Origin: a virus
Virus record (IMG/VR): IMGVR_UViG_3300028178_000001
Location: 28,108 to 92,107 of that record
Length of the DNA stretch: 64,000 nucleotides
Strand: one strand, 5' to 3'
Shown here in pieces: positions 28,210-37,111 of this stretch. The position numbers and the translations under genes are program-made. The notes beneath the pieces were generated by a model. The model ran no database searches and was not told where the DNA came from. It saw only the letters and a program-made list of their open reading frames with translations. The number at the start of each line of letters is the position of its first letter. Positions within the stretch are counted from its first letter, which is position 1.

Positions 28210-29261
28210 TGCTGATTTCGCCGTTAGACGGGAAAATATTGCATCTAAAAGAACTCGGGATGATTGAGGATATACTTTTTAACGAAGTAGTTTCACCGGA
28301 TGAATTTTATAGAGAGCTAACATCATTTCTAAAGAAGAATTACGATCTTGATAATAGGGCAATGTTTACTACCCAGGAACTTGAGCAAGTTGATTCCTTT
28401 ATTAAAAATTATTTCACTACAAAAATAAACGAAGCTAAGATATGGCTTTTACGCGCTTATGTGATGGGACGGTATTTAGCGCATACTGATTTAACCGGAA
28501 ACATCTTCAGGCTTGGAAATTTAAGCAGCTTACCAAAGTATGTAACAGACGCGGCAAAGCAATACGGCTTAAGCATTGAGGAGGCAATGGCATTACAGCA
28601 GGCAGTAGAGGAAAGCGCCGTGCTGATGACAAACACAACGCAGAGCACAATCCAGACGATACGAGAAGCACTTGTAGAAAATGTTAAGACACAAGGGGAC
28701 GGGAAAAAGTTAATTGGAAAGTTGCGGGAACTTTGCAAGGATGATGTTGGAGAAATTAATCGGGATTGGAAAAGGGTTAGCATTACGGAAGCCAATTACA
28801 TTTTTAACAACGGTTATATATCAATGCAGGAAGAGGGCGCTTATGTTGTTGGGCTGAGTATGCCGGATGCCTGCGGGTTTTGTGCGACTGAAATTAATGG
28901 GCAAGTTTTTAAAGTAAGAAAAGATATTCCGCCAGATTACACAACTATGAAGGGGGCAGAGTATGAGAAGTGGGCAAAGGTTTGGGAGACTGAAATTTGG
29001 GTAGGGAAAAACAATTACGGCAGAAGTACGAGCATTCGGAAACGGATTGACAAGAACCGCGGGAACAAGGAAGATAATTTACGAGAGAAAGAACATCACG
29101 AACATTCGATGCCAACTTGTCCCGCACACCCAGAATGTCATTGTAGATGGGTTAGTATAAAACCTAAATTTATGTGGATAGATGAGCATGGGCAAATGAG
29201 AGCGCGGGTTGAGGATGAGGATGCTTGGCAGGAATGGTATGAGGAAACAATTACGAATTAG
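28209..29261 (+). CDS. head morphogenesis (MuF/gp7-like) protein
   Basis: RDWKRVSITE, AC.FC, P.HP.C.CRW motifs downstream of portal. Confidence 0.75.
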   Translation: MLISPLDGKILHLKELGMIEDILFNEVVSPDEFYRELTSFLKKNYDLDNRAMFTTQELEQVDSFIKNYFTTKINEAKIWLLRAYVMGRYLAHTDLTGNIFRLGNLSSLPKYVTDAAKQYGLSIEEAMALQQAVEESAVLMTNTTQSTIQTIREALVENVKTQGDGKKLIGKLRELCKDDVGEINRDWKRVSITEANYIFNNGYISMQEEGAYVVGLSMPDACGFCATEINGQVFKVRKDIPPDYTTMKGAEYEKWAKVWETEIWVGKNNYGRSTSIRKRIDKNRGNKEDNLREKEHHEHSMPTCPAHPECHCRWVSIKPKFMWIDEHGQMRARVEDEDAWQEWYEETITN

Positions 29262-29283
29262 GAATTAGGAATTAGGAATTAGG
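29249..29283 (+). repeat. AATTA(C/G)G heptamer array (5 units)
   Basis: Supplies the stop of the MuF-like gene and AGGAG for the next ORF. Confidence 0.88.
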
Positions 29284-29294
29284 AGAAAATAATA

Positions 29295-29468
29295 ATGAAA
29301 GATTTGATTGAAAAAGTAAAAGTATTTTTAAGCGGATTGCTCCCAAATAAGGCGGAGAAGAAAAGGCCCGTTATAATTAAAAAGATTGAACCAGGCGCGG
29401 CAAAGAAAAAGAAAGTAGTTAAGAAAACGGTAGTGCATATAAAGTTAAAAGGAAAGGGACGAAAATGA
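29295..29468 (+). CDS. small highly basic protein (57 aa, not in ORF track)
   Basis: MKDLIEKVKVFLSGLLPNKAEKKRPVIIKKIEPGAAKKKKVVKK...; AGGAG upstream; ATGA overlap with next gene. Confidence 0.6.
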   Translation: MKDLIEKVKVFLSGLLPNKAEKKRPVIIKKIEPGAAKKKKVVKKTVVHIKLKGKGRK

Positions 29469-29854
29469 TAACTGCAATAATGTTTGGTTTGTTGTTTGTG
29501 GTGTTTGCGGCTTTAGCAGAAAGCTTTGAATATGCAGAGCGTTATGTTGTCACGGATATTTTACGCGATAAATATTTAAGTAAACTTTGGCATTGGTTCC
29601 AACTGTTTGAAAGAATATTCGCGATCACATTTGGTTTTAGTTTGGCATATTCAATGGACCTAGGAGACGCTATTAAGGTAATATTCTTAATAGCGTCCAT
29701 TTTTTGGATAGCCTATGACGGAGCGATAAATATTGCACGGAATAAAAATATTTTTTTTATCAGCGGAGAGAGCACAAGCGCGTTTGACCCTTTTGCTTAT
29801 CCTTGGTTGAAGATCGGGTTATTAATTACTTCAATTATTTTATTGCTAATATAG
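29465..29854 (+). CDS. integral membrane protein
   Basis: About four hydrophobic segments. Confidence 0.7.
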   Translation: MITAIMFGLLFVVFAALAESFEYAERYVVTDILRDKYLSKLWHWFQLFERIFAITFGFSLAYSMDLGDAIKVIFLIASIFWIAYDGAINIARNKNIFFISGESTSAFDPFAYPWLKIGLLITSIILLLI

Positions 29855-29865
29855 GAAAAAGAAAA

Positions 29866-30336
29866 ATGGACGAAAAAGATTCACTTGTAAAAGAGTTTAA
29901 CAACGAACTATTCAAAGCAGATTATAATGAGTTCAAAGAAGAAATTAGAGAAAAGATTGGTCACATAGGGGATAAGTTTGACCGCATTATAAATAAACTT
30001 GATAACCTTGACATGGTTTACATTGTGAATGGGGGAAGTGACGGGAAAGAAGTTGGATGGAAGAGGAAAGATTTGTTCCAGGTACTTTATGATAATGGTG
30101 TGAAGAAAACGAAGATGATGGAAGAAATGTTTAAGAGGGAAATTGGAGAGCTTAAAAGATTGATTACGCAACATATTGACAGTGGGTTTAAAAGCGGTGT
30201 TAACAAATTAAGCTGGTGGGGAACAAAGCTATTACCGATTATCATTGTAACGGGAATAGTGTTATCGCTAATATTTGTATTGTTGGGACAGCATGAGCTT
30301 GCAGAGAAAATACAAACTTTAACAAAAAATAATTAG
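29866..30336 (+). CDS. coiled-coil protein with C-terminal TM helix (holin/spanin-associated?)
   Basis: LLPIIIVTGIVLSLIFVLL near C-terminus. Confidence 0.55.
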   Translation: MDEKDSLVKEFNNELFKADYNEFKEEIREKIGHIGDKFDRIINKLDNLDMVYIVNGGSDGKEVGWKRKDLFQVLYDNGVKKTKMMEEMFKREIGELKRLITQHIDSGFKSGVNKLSWWGTKLLPIIIVTGIVLSLIFVLLGQHELAEKIQTLTKNN

Positions 30337-30346
30337 AGTTGATGAA

Positions 30347-33300
30347 ATGATTTCTTACAAATTACCGGATTATGAAGGCGGATTTATTACCAAATCAGTT
30401 GAATGTAATTGCATTGTTACGCGGGATGCTAACGGGTACTTACTAGGGAGTAAACCGGTTAATTGTGTAAAGAAGGGAGTTAATACCAACTTTGGGAAAG
30501 TTGTGGATTATTCAACTAATTATGTTGTTCTAAAAAATGGCTCGAATGTTAAACGGGTGAGACGGGAAGATCTGAACAATATTTTGTTAAAAAGTTTGGA
30601 CCAACCGGAAGTTATATCTGAAGAGATAAAAGTATCGGGGAGTTTTGAAACTTTAGCGGGGAAGGTTTTGGTTAAAAGTGAAAGTGAAATTGTTCGTGAC
30701 TTACTTACCGATCCGGATAAAGTTTTAGCCAGGGGGAATAGCATAATTTTTTCTAAAACCAAAAATGGGGTAGAATATGAAGCTGAAGCAGTAAAGAAAG
30801 GATTGCTTGCAAAATCATTGTTATTAAAGGGGATTACATCAAAAGAATTAGTTGTAACGAAAAGAATATTATTCAAAGGGGTAGCGTTGTCTTTAAAGAC
30901 TCCGAAAGTATTTAATTTGAATAGTTCACCGGCGGGGAGCAGTGGAAGTGCATGGAACGCAAAAGGAGGGATGAAACCAAATCATAAATACATTGAACGA
31001 AAACCGGCGAAGAGCGGAGACGGTTATATTTATTTGTATGAACTTCCTTCCGGTAAAAAGGAATGGAGAGATGAGGCGGGAAAAGCGGTTGAGGGAGGTC
31101 AAGCGAGCGCGGATTATCAGTTAGAAGAGTTTAAGGTTGGTGATATTGTAAGACAAGGAGAACGGCTTGGAAGAATAAAGGAATCTTCTACAAACATGCT
31201 TGCGGTAAATTTTGGGGGAGAGATGAAAGTGATCAACAAAAAAGAGCATGTTGAAAAGGTTAAGCAACACCAATTGATGAGAGAAGGGGATACGATGTTG
31301 TATGAGGGAAACGATGCAAAAATACTCCGTGTAACCGGGAAAGCAGCATTGATAAACACGGCTGATAATAAGCTGAAGGTGATAAATCTTGAGAAACAAC
31401 TCGAGAAATACGAGCCCCAAAAAGATGAGAAACGATTAAATAAATACAGTGATGTATACCAGGGAGAAGCAGAGCGAAGAGCCGGACAAGGAGGAGCGGA
31501 TAATTACAATATCAGTTATGAAGAACAGCCGGGGTATAAGGATTTTATAAACAACGCAAAGCAAACCGGATTTGGGAGGAAAAGCGATCTTGAAATGGTT
31601 AAGCGAATAGAGACCGGGAACCGTTTACGAACAGTCCGGTGGGACTATAACCCGGAGACACAAGATATTAGTTTTATGGTTGACGGAGTTGAGGATTATC
31701 CGTTAAGTTTTATGGGGAAGAAATACAAAATTAGGGATATTACCGATGAAGGGTATAGTTTGGAGGATGCAGAAACAAAAGAAAAAGGTTTATTCTTATC
31801 GCACAAAGATTATGCAGCTCATTCGAAAGATAATGAAATGCGAACTGATTTGAAGCATGAAAAGGTTGGAGGAGTAAACGGATATGAGGTTGTAAAAGAA
31901 CCAGCCAGAACTTTTAGTTTTAAGCCGAAATATACTGAAGAGGAAAGGGCAAGATTTGATAAACGCGGCGGAAGCCGGCCCAGCCGTTGGACACGGGGGA
32001 AAGAACGGAGTTTGCAAAGCACAGAGGAAAAGAAACGATTAGTTGAGGCACTAGCCGAACAACGTAAAAAGAATCTTGAAGTTTTGGGGACAAAAGATTT
32101 TGCAGATTTTGAAAAGCTGCACAAGGAGAAAGGATTTTCAATTGGAGAGAATAGATTTCATGCTGTAAAAGAAATTGAGGCAGGAGGAAGAACTTTTAGA
32201 ATAAAAAGTCAATTTAAACCGGATAAAATGAGTTGGGAAACATCGATCGATGGACCGGTTAAAAAATTACAGTTGGGAGAAAAGCATTTACCGATAACGG
32301 ATATATCGAAGGATAAAGTTTTTTACCATGAAGGAGGGGATGAAAAAAGTATATCCTTTGATGAGCTGAAGACCATTAACGGGAAAAGTTTGTTTGAACC
32401 GACAAAAGAGAGCAAAGGAATTGTAAGTAATTTAGATCCGATGAAGATTTATTTTGGTGATAAGGATGTAACAAGCGGTATTTATGAAATAGTTGAGGCA
32501 AAGGATTTAGTAGCTTCTCATAAACCGGATGGAACCCCAAATAAAGATTATCAGATATCAGACGCGCAGAACAGAGACCGCAGCACTCCGCAAAGTATTG
32601 CACAAATAAACAAGATTGCAACTAATCCAAATTTTGATTTCCTAAGCGACAGCAAGACCGCACAGGACGGTGCACCTATTGTTGACGAAGATTATAACGT
32701 TATTGCCGGGAATGGGCGGGGAATAGGCGTACAGCAGCATTACGACAATAAAGGGGAGAAATACCGGAGCGATCTTTTAAAGAATGCCGGGAAATATGGT
32801 TTTAGCGCTGAGGATGTTGAGAAGATGGAACAGCCGGTTTTGGTGAGGCGAACGAATGTTGACGCGAAGGAGGCGCAACGACTGGGAGCAATAAGTAATA
32901 CTTCAAATATGCTCGCAACGGAGGAACGGGAAGCAGCGAAAGGAAAAGCAACGAGAATTGACGACGCAACGTTTAACAATTTATCAGGAATGTTTACTTC
33001 GGCTGAGGGAGTACACGAAACACTTAACCAATATCTTGATGAAATTGGACCGGATATTGTGAATGAATTGCTTAAGAAGAAAATAATCCCGGAGAATGAA
33101 GCGCACTTGTACATTGATCCAAAGAGCGGAAAGATGGATGCAGGGCATAAGGAAAAGGTTAAGCAGATATTAACGCAATCGGTTTTGGGAGAGAGCAGCC
33201 AGCATTTTGAGAAGATACCGGAAGCGGCAAGGGCGGGAACGGTTAAAAGTCTTGGAGATATTTTTGCGCTGAAGGGGAAAGCCGGTGATATTGTTCCTAA

Positions 33301-34408
33301 TCTACAGGAAGCCGTAAAGATATTGGCAAAGTATGAGGCAGTTAAGGATAATTTTAAGTCCCCGGATGATTTTGTTAAGCAAGCGGCAAATGACGCGTTT
33401 GAACCGTTGAAAGGGAGCAAAGAGGGATTAGCATTGTTCGAATTACTTTCCGGCAGCAAACCAAATGAGATGAAGGATAAAATACATGATTACAAGTTAA
33501 GCATGGGAGGGGATATGTTTAGCGAAGGCAAACCGGCGAATGAAGCGTTTGATGAAGTGTTTAAGCCGAGGTATGTAAGCGGGGTTAATAAGAGTTTGTT
33601 TAGCAGAATAAAGATGTTCGGGAAACGATTGAGAAAATCTTTAAGTGGAAATGAACGGGATGAGTTTAACAAAAAACACCCGAGAGATAAAAAAGGTAAA
33701 TTTGAAGTAAAGAAAGGGGGGGAGTTAAAAAAACTATTTGATGAATTTAGGAGTAAGTATGTAAAAGCATATGAGACACCACTTGGTATTGTTAAGTTGC
33801 GCGAAAAAGACTTTCATAAAATAGTTGGGATACACCAATTCGGAAGAGATGCTTTTGAAAGAATGCTTGCTGAGGGTTCTATAAATTGGGATGTAATTGA
33901 GAGTGGGGATATCCGTGATTTGGAAGTATTCAATTTTATAGAAGATATTCTTATTAAGCCGGATGAAATAAGAATTGCAAAAGAGGGGAAGCTTGATTCG
34001 GATTTTATTTTCATTTTAGATAGAGGAGGTATTCAATATTATGTAGCGTTTACAAAAAATGATTTAGTAAGGACACTTCATAATTTTGATAAAAATTATA
34101 TTGAACGCAATAGCGGTAAAACTATTTATACAAAAGAAAAAGGGCTTATTAAATCAATAAGCCCTATAAAAAATCGTCACTCCTTTCGCCTCAGCACGGC
34201 GAGTGACTTTCCAAGGGCAAATATAGTGAGTGCAGGTATTATTGTCAAGGGGAATCATAAATTAAGCGAAGAATTATTTAATGAATCGTCAACGGGGAAT
34301 GACGGGAGTTTTGATTCGGAGAACGCGGATATAACGCAGGGGACAAAGATAACGAGGAAAATAATTATGAAGAGAAAGAAGAAGAGGGACGAAACTTTTT
34401 TATTGTAG
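30347..34408 (+). CDS. large polyvalent virion protein: DdrB-like ParB domain plus C-terminal PBECR-like nuclease domain
   Basis: YEIVEA.DL..SH, QNRDR, GAPIV...NVIAGNGR (about 32450-33580); HPRD..GKF; IEDIL..PDEI region (about 33720-34140). Confidence 0.72.
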   Translation: MISYKLPDYEGGFITKSVECNCIVTRDANGYLLGSKPVNCVKKGVNTNFGKVVDYSTNYVVLKNGSNVKRVRREDLNNILLKSLDQPEVISEEIKVSGSFETLAGKVLVKSESEIVRDLLTDPDKVLARGNSIIFSKTKNGVEYEAEAVKKGLLAKSLLLKGITSKELVVTKRILFKGVALSLKTPKVFNLNSSPAGSSGSAWNAKGGMKPNHKYIERKPAKSGDGYIYLYELPSGKKEWRDEAGKAVEGGQASADYQLEEFKVGDIVRQGERLGRIKESSTNMLAVNFGGEMKVINKKEHVEKVKQHQLMREGDTMLYEGNDAKILRVTGKAALINTADNKLKVINLEKQLEKYEPQKDEKRLNKYSDVYQGEAERRAGQGGADNYNISYEEQPGYKDFINNAKQTGFGRKSDLEMVKRIETGNRLRTVRWDYNPETQDISFMVDGVEDYPLSFMGKKYKIRDITDEGYSLEDAETKEKGLFLSHKDYAAHSKDNEMRTDLKHEKVGGVNGYEVVKEPARTFSFKPKYTEEERARFDKRGGSRPSRWTRGKERSLQSTEEKKRLVEALAEQRKKNLEVLGTKDFADFEKLHKEKGFSIGENRFHAVKEIEAGGRTFRIKSQFKPDKMSWETSIDGPVKKLQLGEKHLPITDISKDKVFYHEGGDEKSISFDELKTINGKSLFEPTKESKGIVSNLDPMKIYFGDKDVTSGIYEIVEAKDLVASHKPDGTPNKDYQISDAQNRDRSTPQSIAQINKIATNPNFDFLSDSKTAQDGAPIVDEDYNVIAGNGRGIGVQQHYDNKGEKYRSDLLKNAGKYGFSAEDVEKMEQPVLVRRTNVDAKEAQRLGAISNTSNMLATEEREAAKGKATRIDDATFNNLSGMFTSAEGVHETLNQYLDEIGPDIVNELLKKKIIPENEAHLYIDPKSGKMDAGHKEKVKQILTQSVLGESSQHFEKIPEAARAGTVKSLGDIFALKGKAGDIVPNLQEAVKILAKYEAVKDNFKSPDDFVKQAANDAFEPLKGSKEGLALFELLSGSKPNEMKDKIHDYKLSMGGDMFSEGKPANEAFDEVFKPRYVSGVNKSLFSRIKMFGKRLRKSLSGNERDEFNKKHPRDKKGKFEVKKGGELKKLFDEFRSKYVKAYETPLGIVKLREKDFHKIVGIHQFGRDAFERMLAEGSINWDVIESGDIRDLEVFNFIEDILIKPDEIRIAKEGKLDSDFIFILDRGGIQYYVAFTKNDLVRTLHNFDKNYIERNSGKTIYTKEKGLIKSISPIKNRHSFRLSTASDFPRANIVSAGIIVKGNHKLSEELFNESSTGNDGSFDSENADITQGTKITRKIIMKRKKKRDETFLL
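34133..34213 (-). ncRNA. putative antisense small RNA embedded in the CDS
   Basis: Minus-strand TTGACA-17-TATATT promoter, GTCACTC/GAGTGAC stem, then 10-bp terminator hairpin with U-run. Confidence 0.55.
34220..34248 (-). promoter_or_regulatory. sigma70-type promoter on minus strand
   Basis: -35 TTGACA (34248-34243), 17-nt spacer, -10 TATATT (34225-34220), also matching TAnnTTTG. Confidence 0.6.
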
Positions 34409-34497
34409 GTGAATAAAAGATTTTATAAGTTAATACATAAGAATAAATGTAAATTAACAGAACAAATAACAATAACTTAACACAAGGAGTTAGAACA

Positions 34498-34962
34498 ATG
34501 GTACAATTCCCATTACTCACAAACGCTGAGGTTCAGGCAAAAGACTTTATGAACCAGGGAGATATTACGAAAGCATTAGACCTTTTGCAGAATCTTCCGT
34601 ATGTAAACGTTTCATCCGCATTGGCAGCAGGCGCAACGGGTGTAACGGTAAACGAACACATCTTTGTAGCGCCATGCAAAATGGAAGTTTTGCAGGCAAA
34701 GTTCATTACAACCGCAGTTAACACGGGTTCGGGCAACGAGCCGGTAGTAAAATTGATGGCCGGGACTGATGAAGTTGGAGCCAGCGGCGCAGTTGTGGTA
34801 GCAGGCGCGGCGATCGGTGATGTTGCAAGCTTAACACTCGACAGCGCCAAGGTTGTAGTAGCGTCCGGAGGAAAACTTATTCTTAGAATAGTTAACCCCG
34901 GAGGAACAATAACCACACCGTTAACCGGAAAACTTCAGTTCATTTGGAAACCAACTGTTTAG
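34498..34962 (+). CDS. putative capsid decoration/structural protein
   Basis: A/G/V/T-rich beta-type sequence, strong AAGGAG RBS. Confidence 0.55.
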   Translation: MVQFPLLTNAEVQAKDFMNQGDITKALDLLQNLPYVNVSSALAAGATGVTVNEHIFVAPCKMEVLQAKFITTAVNTGSGNEPVVKLMAGTDEVGASGAVVVAGAAIGDVASLTLDSAKVVVASGGKLILRIVNPGGTITTPLTGKLQFIWKPTV

Positions 34963-35045
34963 TTGGTGGTTATTAGTAGTCAGTTATCAGTTATCAGTTG
35001 ATAGAAGAAATTTTATCAATAATTGATGACTGACTTCTTTTTTTT

Positions 35046-35073
35046 AATTACGAATTAGGAATTAGGAATTAGG
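35046..35073 (+). repeat. AATTA(C/G)G heptamer array (4 units)
   Basis: Directly visible, ends in AGGAG. Confidence 0.85.
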
Positions 35074-35084
35074 AGATTGAGGTT

Positions 35085-35393
35085 ATGTTAATATTTTACA
35101 CAGAGAGAGAAGGAGGGAACTGGATACCGTTGAGGGTAAAAACTACACGGGGCAAATTATTGAAGCGGTTGAAAAAATTTGCATTTAAGAAATTAGCAGA
35201 GATTATAATTGAAGGGGAAAAGTTTCTTATGGCTAGTGTGTTGTTCCCAAACGATTTGGTTTACTGCCCTATTCTTAACCAAACAGATAGAATTAAATCA
35301 AAAGGGAAAACTTGGTTTTTTAAAAGTGGTAAACTCACCAAAGTAACTACGAATTATCATAAATGGTTGAAAGGACAATTAGGGATTAAATGA
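35085..35393 (+). CDS. hypothetical protein
   Basis: 102 aa, GAGG upstream. Confidence 0.55.
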   Translation: MLIFYTEREGGNWIPLRVKTTRGKLLKRLKKFAFKKLAEIIIEGEKFLMASVLFPNDLVYCPILNQTDRIKSKGKTWFFKSGKLTKVTTNYHKWLKGQLGIK

Positions 35394-37111
35394 GCGGCAG
35401 GATAGGACAGTGCGATAGTTTGGAGTTTATGAAAAAGCAAGAAGATTTTTCTGCTGATATTATCTATTGTGATCCGCCGTATGCGTTGGGGAGTGAAGTT
35501 ATTATACGCAAAGACGGGAAACCGGATTATAAAAAAGCCGTAGATTTTATGAATAAATGGGATATGCCAAACGGCGATTATTGGGAGGCTTGGTTTAAGG
35601 AAGCATTTAGAGTATTAAAGTACGGCGGGCGTGTAATAATGTTTGGAATGGACCGCCAATTAATGCTGAATAAATATTATGCTTGTTACGCCGGATTTGA
35701 GGAACAGCAAAGTTTGTATTGGTATTTTATTTCGAACTTTCCGAAAGCTACTGATTTAAGCAAAATGATTGACCGAAACGCAGGAGCGGGAAGGGAAGTT
35801 GTTGGAATAACTTCTATCCCAAATGGGAAAGAAAGTGCATACCAAGGTGAACGATATAAAGAAAAAAGGGAAACTGCTTTTGGGGTTATTCAAGACCAAC
35901 CGGATAAAACCGCGCCATTCACAGAGCTTGCAAAAAAATATGAGGGATACAAATATTCTATTTCACCATTAAAGCAAACGAACGAAACGATAATGGTTTT
36001 TCAAAAGCCATATAAAACCGGAAGTTGTTTGCACGACACTTTTGCGTATGAAAATGGAGATAGGGAATGTTTATGCGGGGCTTTGAATATTGAGGGAAAT
36101 AGAGTTGGATTCGCTTCAAATGAAGATGAAGCGGAGAGTAAAAATAAAAATCAACATGAAGATTTTGGCACAAAGCCAATGACGGGTAATAATGTTTACG
36201 GCGATTTTTCTATGATCGGACAAAAGAATTATAATCCTCCCGGTCGTTATCCTTCGCAAACTTTTATTGAGTGCATTTGTGATGAAGTAGTTATTAAAAA
36301 GAATGAGGCGCAGCCATATTCTTACAGCGGAAAAGAATACCAGAACAAAGAAACATCGATGTTTAACGGAGACAAACCACAAGCGCCAAGTAATTATAAT
36401 GATAAAGGAAGCGGCCAGATACACACGAATCCGAATTGTCCGTGTGCAAGATTAGATTTACAAAGCGGAGAATTGCAAAAAGGGAAAGGGGACTATGTAC
36501 GCAAAAACGGAGCGGAACAATTTTTAAGCGCAATGGGGCAAGATAAAACAGACCCGCCAAATAAAATATCAGATACCGGCGGATGCAGCAAGATTTTACA
36601 CAAGTGTGAGTTTGATGAAGAAGAGCATGATATTTATTTTTATTTCCCGAAGGTGAGTAAGGCTGAACGAAACGGCGGACTGGAGGAGCTATCACTAAAA
36701 GGAAGGGAACCAAAGGGCAATAATCAAGGAGTGAGATATTGTAAAGATTGTGGTTTAACAGATAATGGGACCAATAATCATAACAATTGCTCTGGTATAT
36801 TTGAATATAAACTTTGTCAGTCTGTTAAGAATAACCATCCCACATTAAAACCAATTGCGTTAAACAAAAGAATTTTATCTCTGTTCAAGACACCGAACGG
36901 GCAGAAAATACTTTATCCTTTTGCCGGAACCTTTTCAGAAGTAATAGGGGGATATTTAGCGGGGTTTACAAATTTTGAAGGTTGCGAGTTAAAAGAAGAA
37001 TGGATAACCATAGGCGAAGCAAGGTTTAGTTACTGGACAAATAGAGAGAAGAAAGAAGCTGCTGAAAATGAAGATCAGTTTAATTTATTCACCCAGACCG
37101 AGGCAGCATAA
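35390..37111 (+). CDS. DNA N6/N4 methyltransferase (beta class)
   Basis: CDPPY, RVLK.GG, FPK, GRYP, NNHPTLKP, variant motif I YPFAGTFS, GCEL. Confidence 0.82.
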   Translation: MSGRIGQCDSLEFMKKQEDFSADIIYCDPPYALGSEVIIRKDGKPDYKKAVDFMNKWDMPNGDYWEAWFKEAFRVLKYGGRVIMFGMDRQLMLNKYYACYAGFEEQQSLYWYFISNFPKATDLSKMIDRNAGAGREVVGITSIPNGKESAYQGERYKEKRETAFGVIQDQPDKTAPFTELAKKYEGYKYSISPLKQTNETIMVFQKPYKTGSCLHDTFAYENGDRECLCGALNIEGNRVGFASNEDEAESKNKNQHEDFGTKPMTGNNVYGDFSMIGQKNYNPPGRYPSQTFIECICDEVVIKKNEAQPYSYSGKEYQNKETSMFNGDKPQAPSNYNDKGSGQIHTNPNCPCARLDLQSGELQKGKGDYVRKNGAEQFLSAMGQDKTDPPNKISDTGGCSKILHKCEFDEEEHDIYFYFPKVSKAERNGGLEELSLKGREPKGNNQGVRYCKDCGLTDNGTNNHNNCSGIFEYKLCQSVKNNHPTLKPIALNKRILSLFKTPNGQKILYPFAGTFSEVIGGYLAGFTNFEGCELKEEWITIGEARFSYWTNREKKEAAENEDQFNLFTQTEAA

